Origin: Haliotis rufescens
Lineage: Eukaryota
Direction of reading: 5' to 3'
NCBI RefSeq assembly: GCF_023055435.1
Contig: NW_025963802.1
Coordinates: 26,226,001 to 26,290,000, forward strand
Length of the DNA stretch: 64,000 nt
The notes beneath the pieces were generated by a model. It saw nothing but the letters and a program-made list of their open reading frames with translations, did no database searches and was not told the origin of the DNA. Each line of letters opens with the position of its first letter. Positions within the stretch are counted from its first letter, which is position 1. A program made the position numbers and the translations under genes. This document shows positions 39,900-51,838 of this stretch, one piece after another.

Positions 39900-40881
39900 T
39901 CACTCTATGCATTCCTCCTTCTTTTTTTGATCCCTTGCATGGAAACATCCTTGATCAAAGTTTTCAGTACGTAAGTATTGCTGGTGTTAGGTGTTGTGAG
40001 GTCGTCATGGAGTCTCCCCCTCCTCCTGCTTGTAATAAGTGGCCATTGGATCACCAGAGATCCTCACAGCAACTGCTGGAAGTGTGGAAGTGCAGAGAGG
40101 CTAAATGCACTGAAGAGGCAAGATGCGATCAGTGCTATACTCTGTCTAAGAAGGCCTTCAACAAACAAGCAGAAGCCTTGCCTAAAGCTAGAAGAAGAGA
40201 AGCTGCTAAGAAGAAGGTCGACATGACTCCGGCTATTGACTCAGACCCAGCGTCTGACCCTATCACAGCGTCTCTACCTACTACTTCGTCGAATTAATCT
40301 AATTCTGCGTTCTCTATGAACATGTTTCAACAGTTCTTCAACCTGCATAAGAAGATGATGGAGTCCCACTTCCCATCTGATGGAGTCACTATTTGACTAT
40401 TTGAGTCCTGACAGCCATCTTTTCAGACCACAGCCACAGCTGTACGGCCTACCCCAGATAACCATATGGACCAGCCGGGTAGAAGCTCCCAAGTTTTACC
40501 TTCCGTGAGACATGGGCATCTAGATCTCCACTTGGATCCCATCAGGGTACCACGAGGCCATCTTCTCACCCACAGTAGCCCAGCAGACCATTACGGGAAC
40601 GTCACTTCAATGGCAAGGTCACAATCAACCGACAGAACCCAAGCTGACCACTCGGACTGCACTGGAACATGTTGAGTGTATGGATTATGACAAACATCCA
40701 TCCCTCCCGGGACCTACCCACAGTCATTCTGAGGCGGAATCGGACCTATATGAGGAGGTTAATCAGTCTGACGATTCACACCAGCGGGATTATACAGAGG
40801 AATACAGCTTTGTGGAACTCATTGAGGAGTTATGTCTCCCCCAGAATGGAGGGAGACATATTGTTTTTGGCACGGTTCCCT

Positions 40882-40912
<31 letters not shown>

Positions 40913-43900
40913 TCCCACCGTTTCCAGACCATAACTCAGAAACCGTTTAATATTTTTTCGCGAAACTTTGTATACACATTAACCCAGCACTGAAGTGGTG
41001 CCTTTTGCTATTTAGAGATTTTTGACATTTTTATTTTTCTCGTTTCCATGGAGATAACTTGAACATAGACTCTGAATGGGGGTGAGCTTGGTTTCCGGAC
41101 CATAACTCGGAAACCGTTTAATATTTTTTCGCGAAACTTTGTATACACATTAACCCAGATTTTTGACATTTTCCATGGAGATAACTTGAACATAGACTCT
41201 GAATGGGGGTAAGCTTTGTTTCCGGACCATAACTCGGAAACCGTTTAATATTTTTTCGCCAAACTTTATATACACATTAACCCAGCACTGAAGTGGTGCC
41301 TTTTGCTATTTAGAGATTTTTGACATTTTTATTTTTTCTCATTTCCATGGAGATAAGTTGAACATAGGCTCTGAATGGGGGTAAGCTTTGTTTCCGGACC
41401 ATAACTCAGAAACCGTTTAATATTTTTTCGCCAAACTTTGTATCCACATTAACCCAGCACTGAAGTGGTGCCTTTTGCTATTAAGAGATTTTTGACATTT
41501 TTATTTTTTCTCATTTCCATGGAGATAAGTTGAACATAGGCTCTGAATGGGGGTAAGCTTTGTTTCCTGACCATAACTCAGAAACCGTTTAATATTTTTT
41601 CGTGAAACTTTGTATCCACATTAACCCAGCACTGAAGTGGTGCCTTTTGCTATTTAGAGATTTTTGACATTTTTATTTTTTCTCGTTTCCATGGACATGA
41701 TGGAGATAACTTGAACATAGACTCTGAATGGGGGTAAGCTTTGTTTCCGGACCATAACTCGGAAACCGTTTAATATTTTTTTCACGAAACTTTGTATACA
41801 CATTAACCCAGCACTGAAGTGGTGCCTTTTGCTATTTAGAGATTTTTGACATTTTTATTTTTTCTCGTTTCCATGGAGATAAGTTGAACAAAGCTCTGAA
41901 TGGGGGTAAGCTTTGTTTCCTGACCATAACTCAGAAACCGTTTAATATTTTTTCGCGAAAACTTTGTATACACATTAACCCAGCACTGAAGTGGTGCCCA
42001 TTAGTTGTTTGAAATTTCTAGGAGTTCTATTTTTGTCTCTGTTATTTAGTAATGGAGGGTGGGAATGAAGAGATGGGGTTTAACGTGAAGTAAACGAATG
42101 AATGGGGGTTAGGGGAGTGGGGGGAGACATATGTTTTTACGAGTAAAAACACTTTCTAGTTATATCATCTTATGCCTGTACTCAAACCTCCAATGACAGA
42201 ATATTCACTATGTAAGATGCCGAAATACGGAGGATGTCATGCTCCTACATCATCTCAACATATCCACCAGACATTGCAGTGGCCAAGTTATGCAGACAGG
42301 GTGGTACATCAGGCTTCTGAAAGTCTACTCAAGCTCAGACATGATGACGAGCTATCCTTACCTCCATTGAAGCGGAAGTTGTTTAAAACCCATGAGTCTC
42401 CACTTCCAGACCATCAAGTTTTGGACGAGGACTTTATGAAGCTAGTACACAACCCTAATACTAAAGTCATGTTACCTGCTCCCTGGAGTAAAGACCTGTC
42501 AATGGCGTTCAGACTTTCAATGGACATTGGCGTATATAAGAACTGTTTTGTCACCGGTATCAGGCACAGCATTCCACCGTTGCAGGCATCATATGAAAGC
42601 ATATCCGGAGAGACTCCTATGATTATTAGGACAGATCAGGTCAGACTCATCCCATGATGTTCAATGGTCAATTGGGACATGTCATAGATGAGGTCAGACA
42701 AGACACAACTGAACGATTCCAGGTGTCGACTATCAACCTAGCTGTCAAGGCAGATGGATCTTCCTATCCCCCGAAGCGTTCCTGGGATCAGAAAGACTCG
42801 TTGTGTAAACAGCCACCTAAGAAAAAGTTTGTCCCCTCCGGGAAGGATTCTTTAGAACCAAGTGTGGGGTAAGACAAACTACAGTCTTCTCAGGATTTAT
42901 TTTGTCAGCCCCACTACAAAACGAGGATCCTATTGCTGGGGGCAGAGGTGAACGCAGGTTCTGACTTCCTTGCCACCCATTCCGCCATTATAGACCCTTT
43001 CGACCTGGTATTGTCTATGTACTGCGATTTATGCCTACTGTCTTTCAACATAATGCCGTCTCCGGGGCCAGTGGGAGGGCGTCTTCTGTCATGCAGGGAA
43101 AATTAGATGCAGATTACGCACGGCCGCTGGGTCCTAGACGTCGTGGCTTATGGATACAAACTGCATTTCAAGAGGCATCCCATCCTGGCATCTCTGGCCG
43201 TCGGCCGCAGATTTCGTCTAGTCGAAGCAAAGATAGCAGCAGCAGATCTGGCCGTCAGGAAGCTACTAAAGAAGCGAGCCATTCGGAAACTATCAGAGAT
43301 CAACAAGACCAAAGGTTTTTACTCTCCAGTATTCTTCACCCGACATGAGGATGATAATAGACTTAAAGATCCTCAACTAAACATTCCTGGTACCTCCTCC
43401 AAAGTTCCAGATGGAATCTGTACGGAAGTTGCGGTCAACTTTGAGGCCAGGAGATTGGCTCATCAGCCTTGACCTACAATGGTCAACGCTACGAGTTCCA
43501 GGTCTTACCATTCGGGATATCAACAATCCCATGGCTGTTTACCAGGATTACAGCACCAGTCATCAGGTTTGCCCACCTCCAGCTAGTACGAATGCATGGG
43601 TACCTGGACCATTTCCTGGCAGCAGACTAAGAAGAAGCTCAGTTGCACCAGAACATGCTATTTCTGGTTCAGCTTATGACCCACCTAGGCTTCCTAGTCA
43701 ATCCCTCCAAATCCGAGACCACTCCTGTTCAAGACATCGTATACATAGGAGCACATTTCAACTCCACAAGGGATATCCATGTCCATCAAAGGAGAATAGT
43801 GGCAACAGAATGGACCTTAAATCCTGGTCAAACATTTTCTATGACAATCTGCCCAGCCTACATCTAACCGCCTGAAGTTCTCTAGACTTGCCTCTGAAGC

Positions 43901-44560
43901 TGTGGCAAGATCATGGAGACCTTCATCCTCCCTTATACATGACAACAGATGGGATAAGTTCATCCAGTGGAGAAGATGACAATACAACTAATACTAATAC
44001 AATCTCCATCCCTATGGTAGCGGCCTTTCTACTACTTCTTCTACTGCATCTACATCAGGACAAGGAGTTCCGAAGGTAACAGATTGGCACTTTACTCTGT
44101 ACTTCAACATGACAGACTCTCAATTGGAAACCACCCCATTCTGAACAGAGTGGATCACCCAGACAAAATTCTCTGTCCCATTAGAGCTCTCAAATTCTAA
44201 CTCTCGGCTACAGAACCACATAGACGCCATTGAAGGAGACTTTTCATATCCTGCATGCCTCATTCACCAAGTCTACGGTAGTGGGCTTGCTTAAGTCTGC
44301 CATTGCAGCAAGTTATACGCAGGCACAGAATTCCACTCCCCGTCTTGGATCCTGCTCCGCTCATGAAGTCAGAGCCCTAGCCACGAGTCTCGCTTCATGG
44401 ACATCCGTTTCGTGGAACAAGTAGTGTCTTGCTGTCAGTGGGCCTCACAAAACACCTTCACCAGCTTTTACTTGCGTGACGTGCAGCCGGACCTAGAGGG
44501 TTATATATTCCCTTTGGCACATTGTCGTGGGGCAAACTGTCATTTACCAATAGTTTCCTC
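39900..44560 (+). mobile_element. Decayed DIRS1-like (tyrosine recombinase) retrotransposon in THOC3 intron 3
   Basis: Cys-rich gag-like start. RT region: VGGRL..MQITHGRWVLDVVAYGYKLHF, GFYSPVF, MESVRKLRSTLRPGDWLISLDL, LGFLVNPSKS. YR region: LCPIRAL, AHEVRALATSLA, WASQNTFTSFYLRDV. Many stops and deletions; ends not resolved. Confidence 0.9.
40831..42160 (+). mobile_element. Helentron-type non-autonomous element carrying a ~172-bp tandem array (~6.5 units)
   Basis: 5' TATGTCTCCCC..GGGAGACATA palindrome, (GGCGTC)n microsatellite, array at 40921-41999, 3' sub-TIR GGGGAGACATA, stem-loop TGTTTTTAC-GA-GTAAAAACA, and a CTAG end at a TT target. Confidence 0.88.
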
Positions 44561-44929
44561 CTTATATCGAAAAAAGAGGAGTCGGGGGAGGATCCAACAA
44601 CGGCAGCATCAGAGGGTGGGTACACCCTTGATTTTCCTGTCTATTAGGTGTAGGATGGATTAGGAGCACCTTGAGTATCAACTGCTTCAGGAACTAGGTT
44701 CAGATGACCAGAAGTGACGCCCTAGTCAGAAGAGATAGAAACTAGAAGAGTTCATCACCGAAAATAGCAGTACAAGGTCCATCTAATCAGGAATTTCTAG
44801 TGAAGGTAACACATATTTGACTGATTCTTGATGCATTCTGATTTTCAAGTCCTCAAGAGAAATTTCAGAGGAATTTATCTCGGGTCAGGATTAGAATCAG
44901 TGATTAAATGGTTTCCAGAAAAGGATTAC

Positions 44930-45035
44930 CTATGCCTGATTCAGGGCTTTTGTGCCTGTTATCACCTCTTTGCCTGATTCAGGGCCTCTGTTCCTGTTAT
45001 CACCTCTATGCCTGATTCAGGGCCTCCTGTGTCAC
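44930..45035. repeat. 38-bp tandem repeat, ~3 copies
   Basis: TGCCTGATTCAGGGC..CCTGTTATCACCT is repeated. Confidence 0.8.
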
Positions 45036-46242
45036 CCTCACACCAAAATGGATCAACCAGTGGCAGAATATCATGCTGGTGTGGTTAATGTGCAAAGAGC
45101 ACTAATGTTACAAATGTTAGCCAAGAAGACAGTTCAATGCTAATAGGATCTCCACCCATGCAAAGGGGGGGGGGGGAAGAACTGAGATATTCAACCCAAT
45201 TAAGCTAAAGCATACCTGACCATGAGTTGAGTACATCTGGTCTGGTTTTTTACATTGCATCACCAGGAACCAACATCTGGGCCAAGAAGTCTGAAGGTTA
45301 AAGATTCACCCACTCTCTCTCATCCTGGGGCTCGCCAATGGCTGCACCGATGACTTCCTGATGGTCTCCCGTACCAGCAAGATTCATGTACCCAAAATAC
45401 CCTATCCTTCTGGCTAAGGGAGAGGATTCTGGAGGCCTATCAGCATACTGGATTAGAGACCTAACAATCCATATGAGATCAGGGCACTGGAATCTATGTG
45501 TTATACACCAACTGCTTCATCACATACATAATTAAGGACTGCCTTTGCCAACTACTACCTTCCAGATATGTTGGTAGAACTCCTACTGATGCAGCATCTC
45601 AGGAACCCCAGAAGATGCCATTAACATCTACTCAAGCCCATACTGGGAGATTGCTGTGTATGGTGGATGCTTCTCCTACACCTCAAGATCCAGCATCGAC
45701 CAGTGATGGACTTTTGTAGGTTGTTGTTTCTCCAAGAAATTCAGTTAGTAGTTACCATATTATTTCCCATTTAAATCTGGCCTTAGTTTTGTCCAAGATA
45801 GCATCTATCTCCGTAATTCTATTTGCATGTGAATGCAATATTTTAACTTTGTTTGAAAGTCATTGTCACAGGAAGGCTAGCTGAGCAGACAGGCAGACAA
45901 CACACTAAGAGACGTAACTCCAAATTCCTACCACTCAAGCTAATACCAATCACCCTTTCAAAATTCATTTTCAAGCCAAACAGTGTTATACAGGTTTGAT
46001 TATCACACCCCCTGTGATATGACCATCTCTATGCCTCGTATCATTGATAGGTATATGATAAATGATGTAGCTTTGAAATGACGAAACAATTTATGTTGAT
46101 AACACAAGACTAGTGAACACACATTCTGTGCAAAAGTATGTGTCTGGCAACAGTAGGAGTGATGATGCAACGATCTCCGGGCCCACCTTCTGAGATTTGG
46201 GTAATTGCATATTGTCGTTTCAGGACTGTAATAAATTATATA

Positions 46243-46490
46243 TTTTTTTGAGTATTTTGTATCTTATATACTTATCCTGATATGACAGGGATAAGGCACA
46301 ACGAGGTTCTTGTCCTTGACAATATAAAAGCAGCCTGAGATTCAAGGACAGGTTACACTAAACTGGTGATTGTGGTCTGTTGGTGAGTATGAGCAAACCT
46401 TTTTTACGCTGTCTTAAAGATGTCGAAGAGTAAAGGAAATTATATACTGTCATATCAGGATAAGTATATGATATACACAAATTTTTTTAT
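46243..46490. repeat. Fold-back element with ~30-bp inverted repeats just upstream of THOC3 exon 4
   Basis: GTATCTTATATACTTATCCTGATATGACAG (46259-46288) pairs with CTGTCATATCAGGATAAGTATATGATATAC (46447-46476). Confidence 0.75.
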
Positions 46491-46528
46491 CAGATTTCCA
46501 TATGTTTCATTTCATTCTCTGATTTCAG

Positions 46529-46690
46529 TTATCCTGACTTGAAATTGCAGCATGTCTTGAATGCACATCCTGCAAACTGTATTTGTATAGAGTTTGATCC
46601 GACTGGAAGTTACTTTGCCACTGGGAGTGCAGATGCTCTCGTCAGTCTGTGGGATGCAGCAGAGTTTGTGTGTGTTCGAACATTCTACAG
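46529..46690 (+). CDS. THOC3: THOC3 exon 4
   Basis: YPDLK..NAHPANCICIEFDPTGSYFATGSADALVSLWD; TTTCAG acceptor, GTAAGA donor. Confidence 0.97.
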
Positions 46691-47146
46691 GTAAGACCTT
46701 GTTAGACTAAGGACTGAATGTCATCAAATTACAGGTAAGACCATGTTGGAATAGGAGCAGCAGTCAAGTTTGTGTGTGAGCTGTTCTTCTAAGCTTGTTG
46801 GGTGCATTTTGCCTTTGGTCAGTATGCCGACATTGTACAGATAATACAGGTGTGTAGGATGCACTCAAGTTTGTCTGGTTTGCTGATCTTCTGGAGGTAC
46901 CAACTTGATTGTCTGTTTAATGTATGTTTATAGCCTGTTGAAAGCAAACTTGTTTGTCAGGTACCACTTTGTAGCCTGTTAAAAGAAATCTAGTTTGTGT
47001 GTGTACTGACATGCTCCAAACAATACATTGTTAGCCTTTTGATAGCAATCTGGTTTGTCTGTGTGCTGATATTCTACATGTAATATCTTGTTAATCTGTC
47101 AGATACAATCTAGATTGTGTTGCGCTGATATTCTTGATGTAGCAAC

Positions 47147-48644
47147 TAGGGCTGCAACAATACAGGAAGGTCACGATATTCTGGTCACGATACGATACGT
47201 ATCTCGATACGCAATGATAAAAAAAAACAACCTTAAAGCATGTCAAGATTGAACCTTTCATGAACAGTCAAAATTATTTTATAATAACAAGACTACTGAA
47301 GTTGTTCAGCTTCAAAGTGGAACTTTCTCTAACTTTCCTTAAAAACGATTCAAAGTTCAAACACCAGAAAATAATTTATGTGCTCCACCAGTGATACAAC
47401 GTCAAAGAATTTTGATGCAATGGTCGAAGAAATTGTATCTGAAATTATTGTTTTATCAGGAATAATATACTCCAATATCGTGTTACCTTAGTTGCAGCTT
47501 TTACTATATATACCGTATTCGACGTAATAAGCGCCCGGGGCGCTCTCAAAATTTGAAATATTTGGCTCTTATTAGAATAAAATTTTGGAGAGAAAAAACT
47601 AGAATTGAAAGATTGTAAATTTCGTGGTTTATGCGGACAGCCTGAAATGATACAAAATAAAAGTATGTGTGTATTATACACGACAGATATATTTATCCAT
47701 AATATAATTGCCCATAATTAAGGGTGCATATAACACATGAGTGCGTATTATACACGAATAAATAAGTCTTGTGTACATTGATCAATTGGAAGGGGTGCTA
47801 TTTGGGATTGTTCACTAGCCAATATATTAGCAAATATCGCCGTGGGCGCTTATTAGAGCGGGGCGCTTATTACGTCGAATACGGTATATTTAAAATTATA
47901 AGAACCACAAGTGTAGCATTTTGGTACTGGTGATTGCTGTTGCAGGATATTTTTACGCATGGAACAATTTGACCAGTCACCCTAGGGACTTCTCGTGCTA
48001 CATGTATTTCGATTGCGAAAACGTTATGTTGACATATATTAGCCAAATTGCCACAAATATGACTTTTAACGAGTCAAAGTATGGCATTTTTAAGATATGT
48101 ATCCATTCTCTAGCAACTAAAGTTTGTTTCAATGCATCAAAAGTGGTAATCTGACCGTGGTTGCTGTATCTCTTCACACACGATTTCACATAACTTAATG
48201 AAAACAATATTAAATGAAATTTTGAAAAAAACTATTAAAATATATTACAAACACAAGTCCAGATATACAATGAACACGTTTTAATAACAAGATAGTATGA
48301 TAATGGTATTGAATTGCGTACTTCAGTTCGGATTTGCTGACAGGTATTTCCATTGTTATGTGATTGCGGGGATCAGCTGATAATGTTTTTTGAGATGGGG
48401 AAAAACATCTGTCGGTGTAAAACCTGAGCTTATTAAAAATGTAAGTACGTTTTTGGGAGCCATGCGTTACAGCGCGCTATAACCAAGTTAGCGGTTTATT
48501 GAAAGGCACAATAGCGAGGAAACGTACTTGAGATTTGCATTCCGTATCGTGGCGTATCGATAAATGGGCCTACGTTTATCGTATATCGTATCGTGGGTCA
48601 AGTATCAGGATGCATCGGAATATAGGTGTATCGTTTCACCCTTA
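47147..48644. mobile_element. Non-autonomous hAT element
   Basis: TIRs TAGGGCTGCAACAATACA / TGTATCGTTTCACCCTTA; perfect 8-bp TSD GTAGCAAC (47139-47146, 48645-48652); sub-terminal CGATA repeats. Confidence 0.9.
47513..47884. mobile_element. pogo/Tigger-like MITE nested in the hAT element
   Basis: Perfect TIR CCGTATTCGACGTAATAAGCGCCC / GGGCGCTTATTACGTCGAATACGG with TA flanks. Confidence 0.88.
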
Positions 48645-48851
48645 GTAGCAACTTATTCGTATGTCGGATGCAAACAACAGACATTCTCCAGGACGTACCT
48701 TCTTTTTTTGTGGGATGCAGCAGTATTTTCTGAGAGCAACATTCTCAAGGTATTGCCTCCACTATTAAACAATATCCTTAACTCCAAATGCACATGTCCC
48801 TTGTATGTTGGAAACGTATGTACTGTATCTGTAAACCTGTATACATTGTAG

Positions 48852-48952
48852 ACTGGATTGGCCAGTGAGGACACTCAGTTTTAGCTGTGATGGGAAAATG
48901 CTGGCTTCAGCCTCAGAAGATCTGGTGATTGACATAGCATATGTAGAAACAG
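48852..48952 (+). CDS. THOC3: THOC3 exon 5
   Basis: RLDWPVRTLSFSCDGKMLASASEDLVIDIAYVET; TTGTAG acceptor, GTGAGT donor. Confidence 0.97.
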
Positions 48953-49149
48953 GTGAGTTGACACTGACATGATAGGAACAGCATTTAGATGTGCTTTATC
49001 ACTTCCGTAATAATGCCAGTTGTTGAGTGTATTAGGAAAACAGTATTATACAGGGTTAGGCTTATTACTGTTAAAATGATCATGATAATACTATACATTT
49101 AAAATGTTGTGTTTAACAGGACTGTAGTGGTAACGTTTACTTTTTTCAG

Positions 49150-49301
49150 CTGAGAAACTTGCAGAAATCCCGTGTGAAACGCCTACATTTACAGTTGCCT
49201 GGCACCCAAAACGACATCTACTGGCATTTGCATGTGATGATAAACATGAGCGTGACCGAGACTCTGGTTTGGTCAAAGTATTTGGTTTCCCTGATTCTTG
49301 A
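49150..49301 (+). CDS. THOC3: THOC3 exon 6 (last coding exon)
   Basis: CETPTFTVAWHPKRHLLAFACDDK..VKVFGFPDS*; TTTTTTCAG acceptor. Confidence 0.97.
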
Positions 49302-50432
49302 GGATTCAAATTTGCCAATGTAAATTCATCTCAATGTATCAACTACAATTTTGTGAGGGATGAGAAATAAGTGAGAATATATCAGAATTTTACTGATATT
49401 TTACTTTAGTTAACAGGCCTGAGAATATCTGAAAAAGCATAAGTGCAGTCTTAGAAAACCATTTGAAAGGCTTTATTTTTCATGAAAACCCCCTGGATTT
49501 GTTAGCCTGGTTTGTTATAGCTGAAATGACACTAGGAACCAACGTGTCCAACTGTTATAATTTCCACCTCCTCCTTGAGATTCATTGCAACATTGATGGA
49601 AGGAAACACACCTGTCACTGAAATATCCTGTTCTGATGACCTGGCTGAATGCGTTGCCTGATAACTATAACACACATATGCAAATGTTGTACTAGTATGT
49701 GTGTCAAATCAAATTAAATTGTGTTTACAATTAGCTGAATGTAAGAATTTTGTTTGACAATGGAGAAAATAATTATTCATATGTGTGTGCATTATCATAA
49801 TTTTTTAAATCACCAATGTTAGATGAACATGGCAATCAGCTGTCAGTTCAGGTAAGAGTGTCTGCTTATGAAACAAGTCCATTGTCCGTCCCCTCTTTAT
49901 TTGTTGAGGTCAACTGAATCATCACTCTTTGTCAGGGAGACAAGACCTCTAAGAATGTGGATGAATTAATAATGAAGCAACCCCATGTGGTGCCTTGGCA
50001 TCTCAGGGATATCATAGAATCTTGCAGAATCCTTTATAGCCGCGATAGATATGTTTGGTCAAGATCATCCTCAAACTTCATTTACTGCCTAACTAGAGAC
50101 AAATTTACTGTAGTCCAGTGAAACATCATTTAGAAAAGGTTCTGAGTTACCTGTGTGTCAGGTCAGTATCATAAGTAGTGTATGGTTGCTATTTTCACTA
50201 AAATTCCATTTTCTGCAGATGTTTGCATGTAGTGGTAATGTTAGTGATGATATCAATGGCAGATTGCTGTGACCTACTTTCAATGAGTAGCATATACTAT
50301 TTGTTTTGTTGTATCTACATAAGGATATCATGTTTGGTTCACATGTTGGATAGCCCTTTGGAATGTTCTTGAAATACTTATCACTTATCTTAAAATTTGA
50401 ATTGACTCTCAAGATCATACATTCAAAATATA

Positions 50433-51838
50433 CACAAAGAAAAATGTTAAGCACACCCCTATTTCTGAACTATGACAAATGGCAAAAATCATGGCATGGG
50501 TTGACTGACCACAGGAGCTGGGCGATACCAATGTCATCGGATAGAACAAACATTTGACAACAAATAAAGAAGATATTGGTGAGTTGTGATTGAAATTTAC
50601 TGACAAAAGCATCATGGTAACAGAGGTACTGTTTTTGACCTTAGACAATACCTAAAAAAAGTATGGAGCTGCAGGATTAAGTAAACAAGTTACGTTTGAT
50701 GTTTCGTGTGAAAATGTTCCTTAAAGTCTCTACTTGACATGACACGTGAAACAGATCAGGAGCGGGTATAACCGTCACGTGCCTGGATGACACATTCCAC
50801 CCTACATCTCACGCCTCCAGTCAGACATTGGATCTGTTGATGGGTCAACAACAACCACTCCTGATGCAATGCTGCTTCCAATTGGCGTAAATCTTGTACA
50901 GGAGGATCTCGTGCCTGTATGTGCTGCCCCAGAATATCCCAAACATGTTCAAGGGGTTTCAAATCTGGGCTCATTGCTGGCCAGGGTAGAGTCGTTATTG
51001 CATTGCTCTGAGCCCCTGTTAAGTTGCCCCTTATGGTGACCAAATCCAACCTGCAATCATGAGAGATACACCCCAAACCATTACCAAGCCCCCACCGTAT
51101 GTAACAGTCGGTTTAATGTTCCTGGGGGTGTAGGCCGTGTCCCGGTGCCTCCAAACTCTTGTTCTTCCATCAGTGGCGTGGAGCAGAAAGCGACTTGCGT
51201 CTGACCAAAGGATCCATCTCCAAGTTCTCCAATTCTAGCCCTCAGTCCTGCTGCTTTCAGCCAGTTTCTGACGGTTCTGGTGCTGAAACGACAATGTGGC
51301 AACCAAAGCTGTTTCAGACGAGTACTTGTTAAAAAAGGTTCTCAGTGTATGAGACGAAGAAGGTCCCTGTCTTTGTGATGTGTCGTCACAGGAGGTCTTC
51401 CGGATTAAGGATGGTCCTGTACATCACCGGTCTGAGCATGTTTCTCAACTAAATGGTTTACGACAGTGTGATGATATCCCAAATTCCGACCAGTGGCATT
51501 ACAAGAGATTTGTGCGTTATGCATGCCGATTATTTGCCATCTTGTGGCGTTTGATAATCGCCTTCGTGCCATGGTCACACAATGTCATGGAATCACTGTT
51601 TGAAACCGAGGTTAAGAAAGCAATTTTAACGTTTGGATATACTGCTTTTAGAGATACTCAAGGGTAGCATGCTGCACGGACATACCATGCATGGCACGTG
51701 AGCTTTCATCACACGACTGATTACATCATTTCGAGAAAACACAATTCTTCCCGTAATTATTTCTTTCATGACTGTTACAAATATTGAGACCAAACAATAA
51801 TGAAATATATTAGGGAGTGCTTAACTTTTTTCTTTGTG
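50433..51838 (-). mobile_element. Decayed Tc1 element with TIRs
   Basis: TIR CACAAAGAAAAATGTTAAGCAC / GTGCTTAACTTTTTTCTTTGTG with TA flanks; WPAMSPDLKPLEHVWD and STRTVRNWL motifs. Confidence 0.92.

Larger units (their letters stand above)
28682..49301 (+). other. THOC3: THOC3 gene span (6 coding exons, 317 aa)
   Basis: Exons of 177+157+205+162+101+152 = 954 nt splice in frame from ATG to TGA. Confidence 0.96.

Noticed and set aside
39935-44663. A nested host gene or active recombinase system in THOC3 intron 3
   Set aside because: The fragments follow DIRS1 gag-RT-YR order with many stops and deletions; this is a dead retrotransposon.
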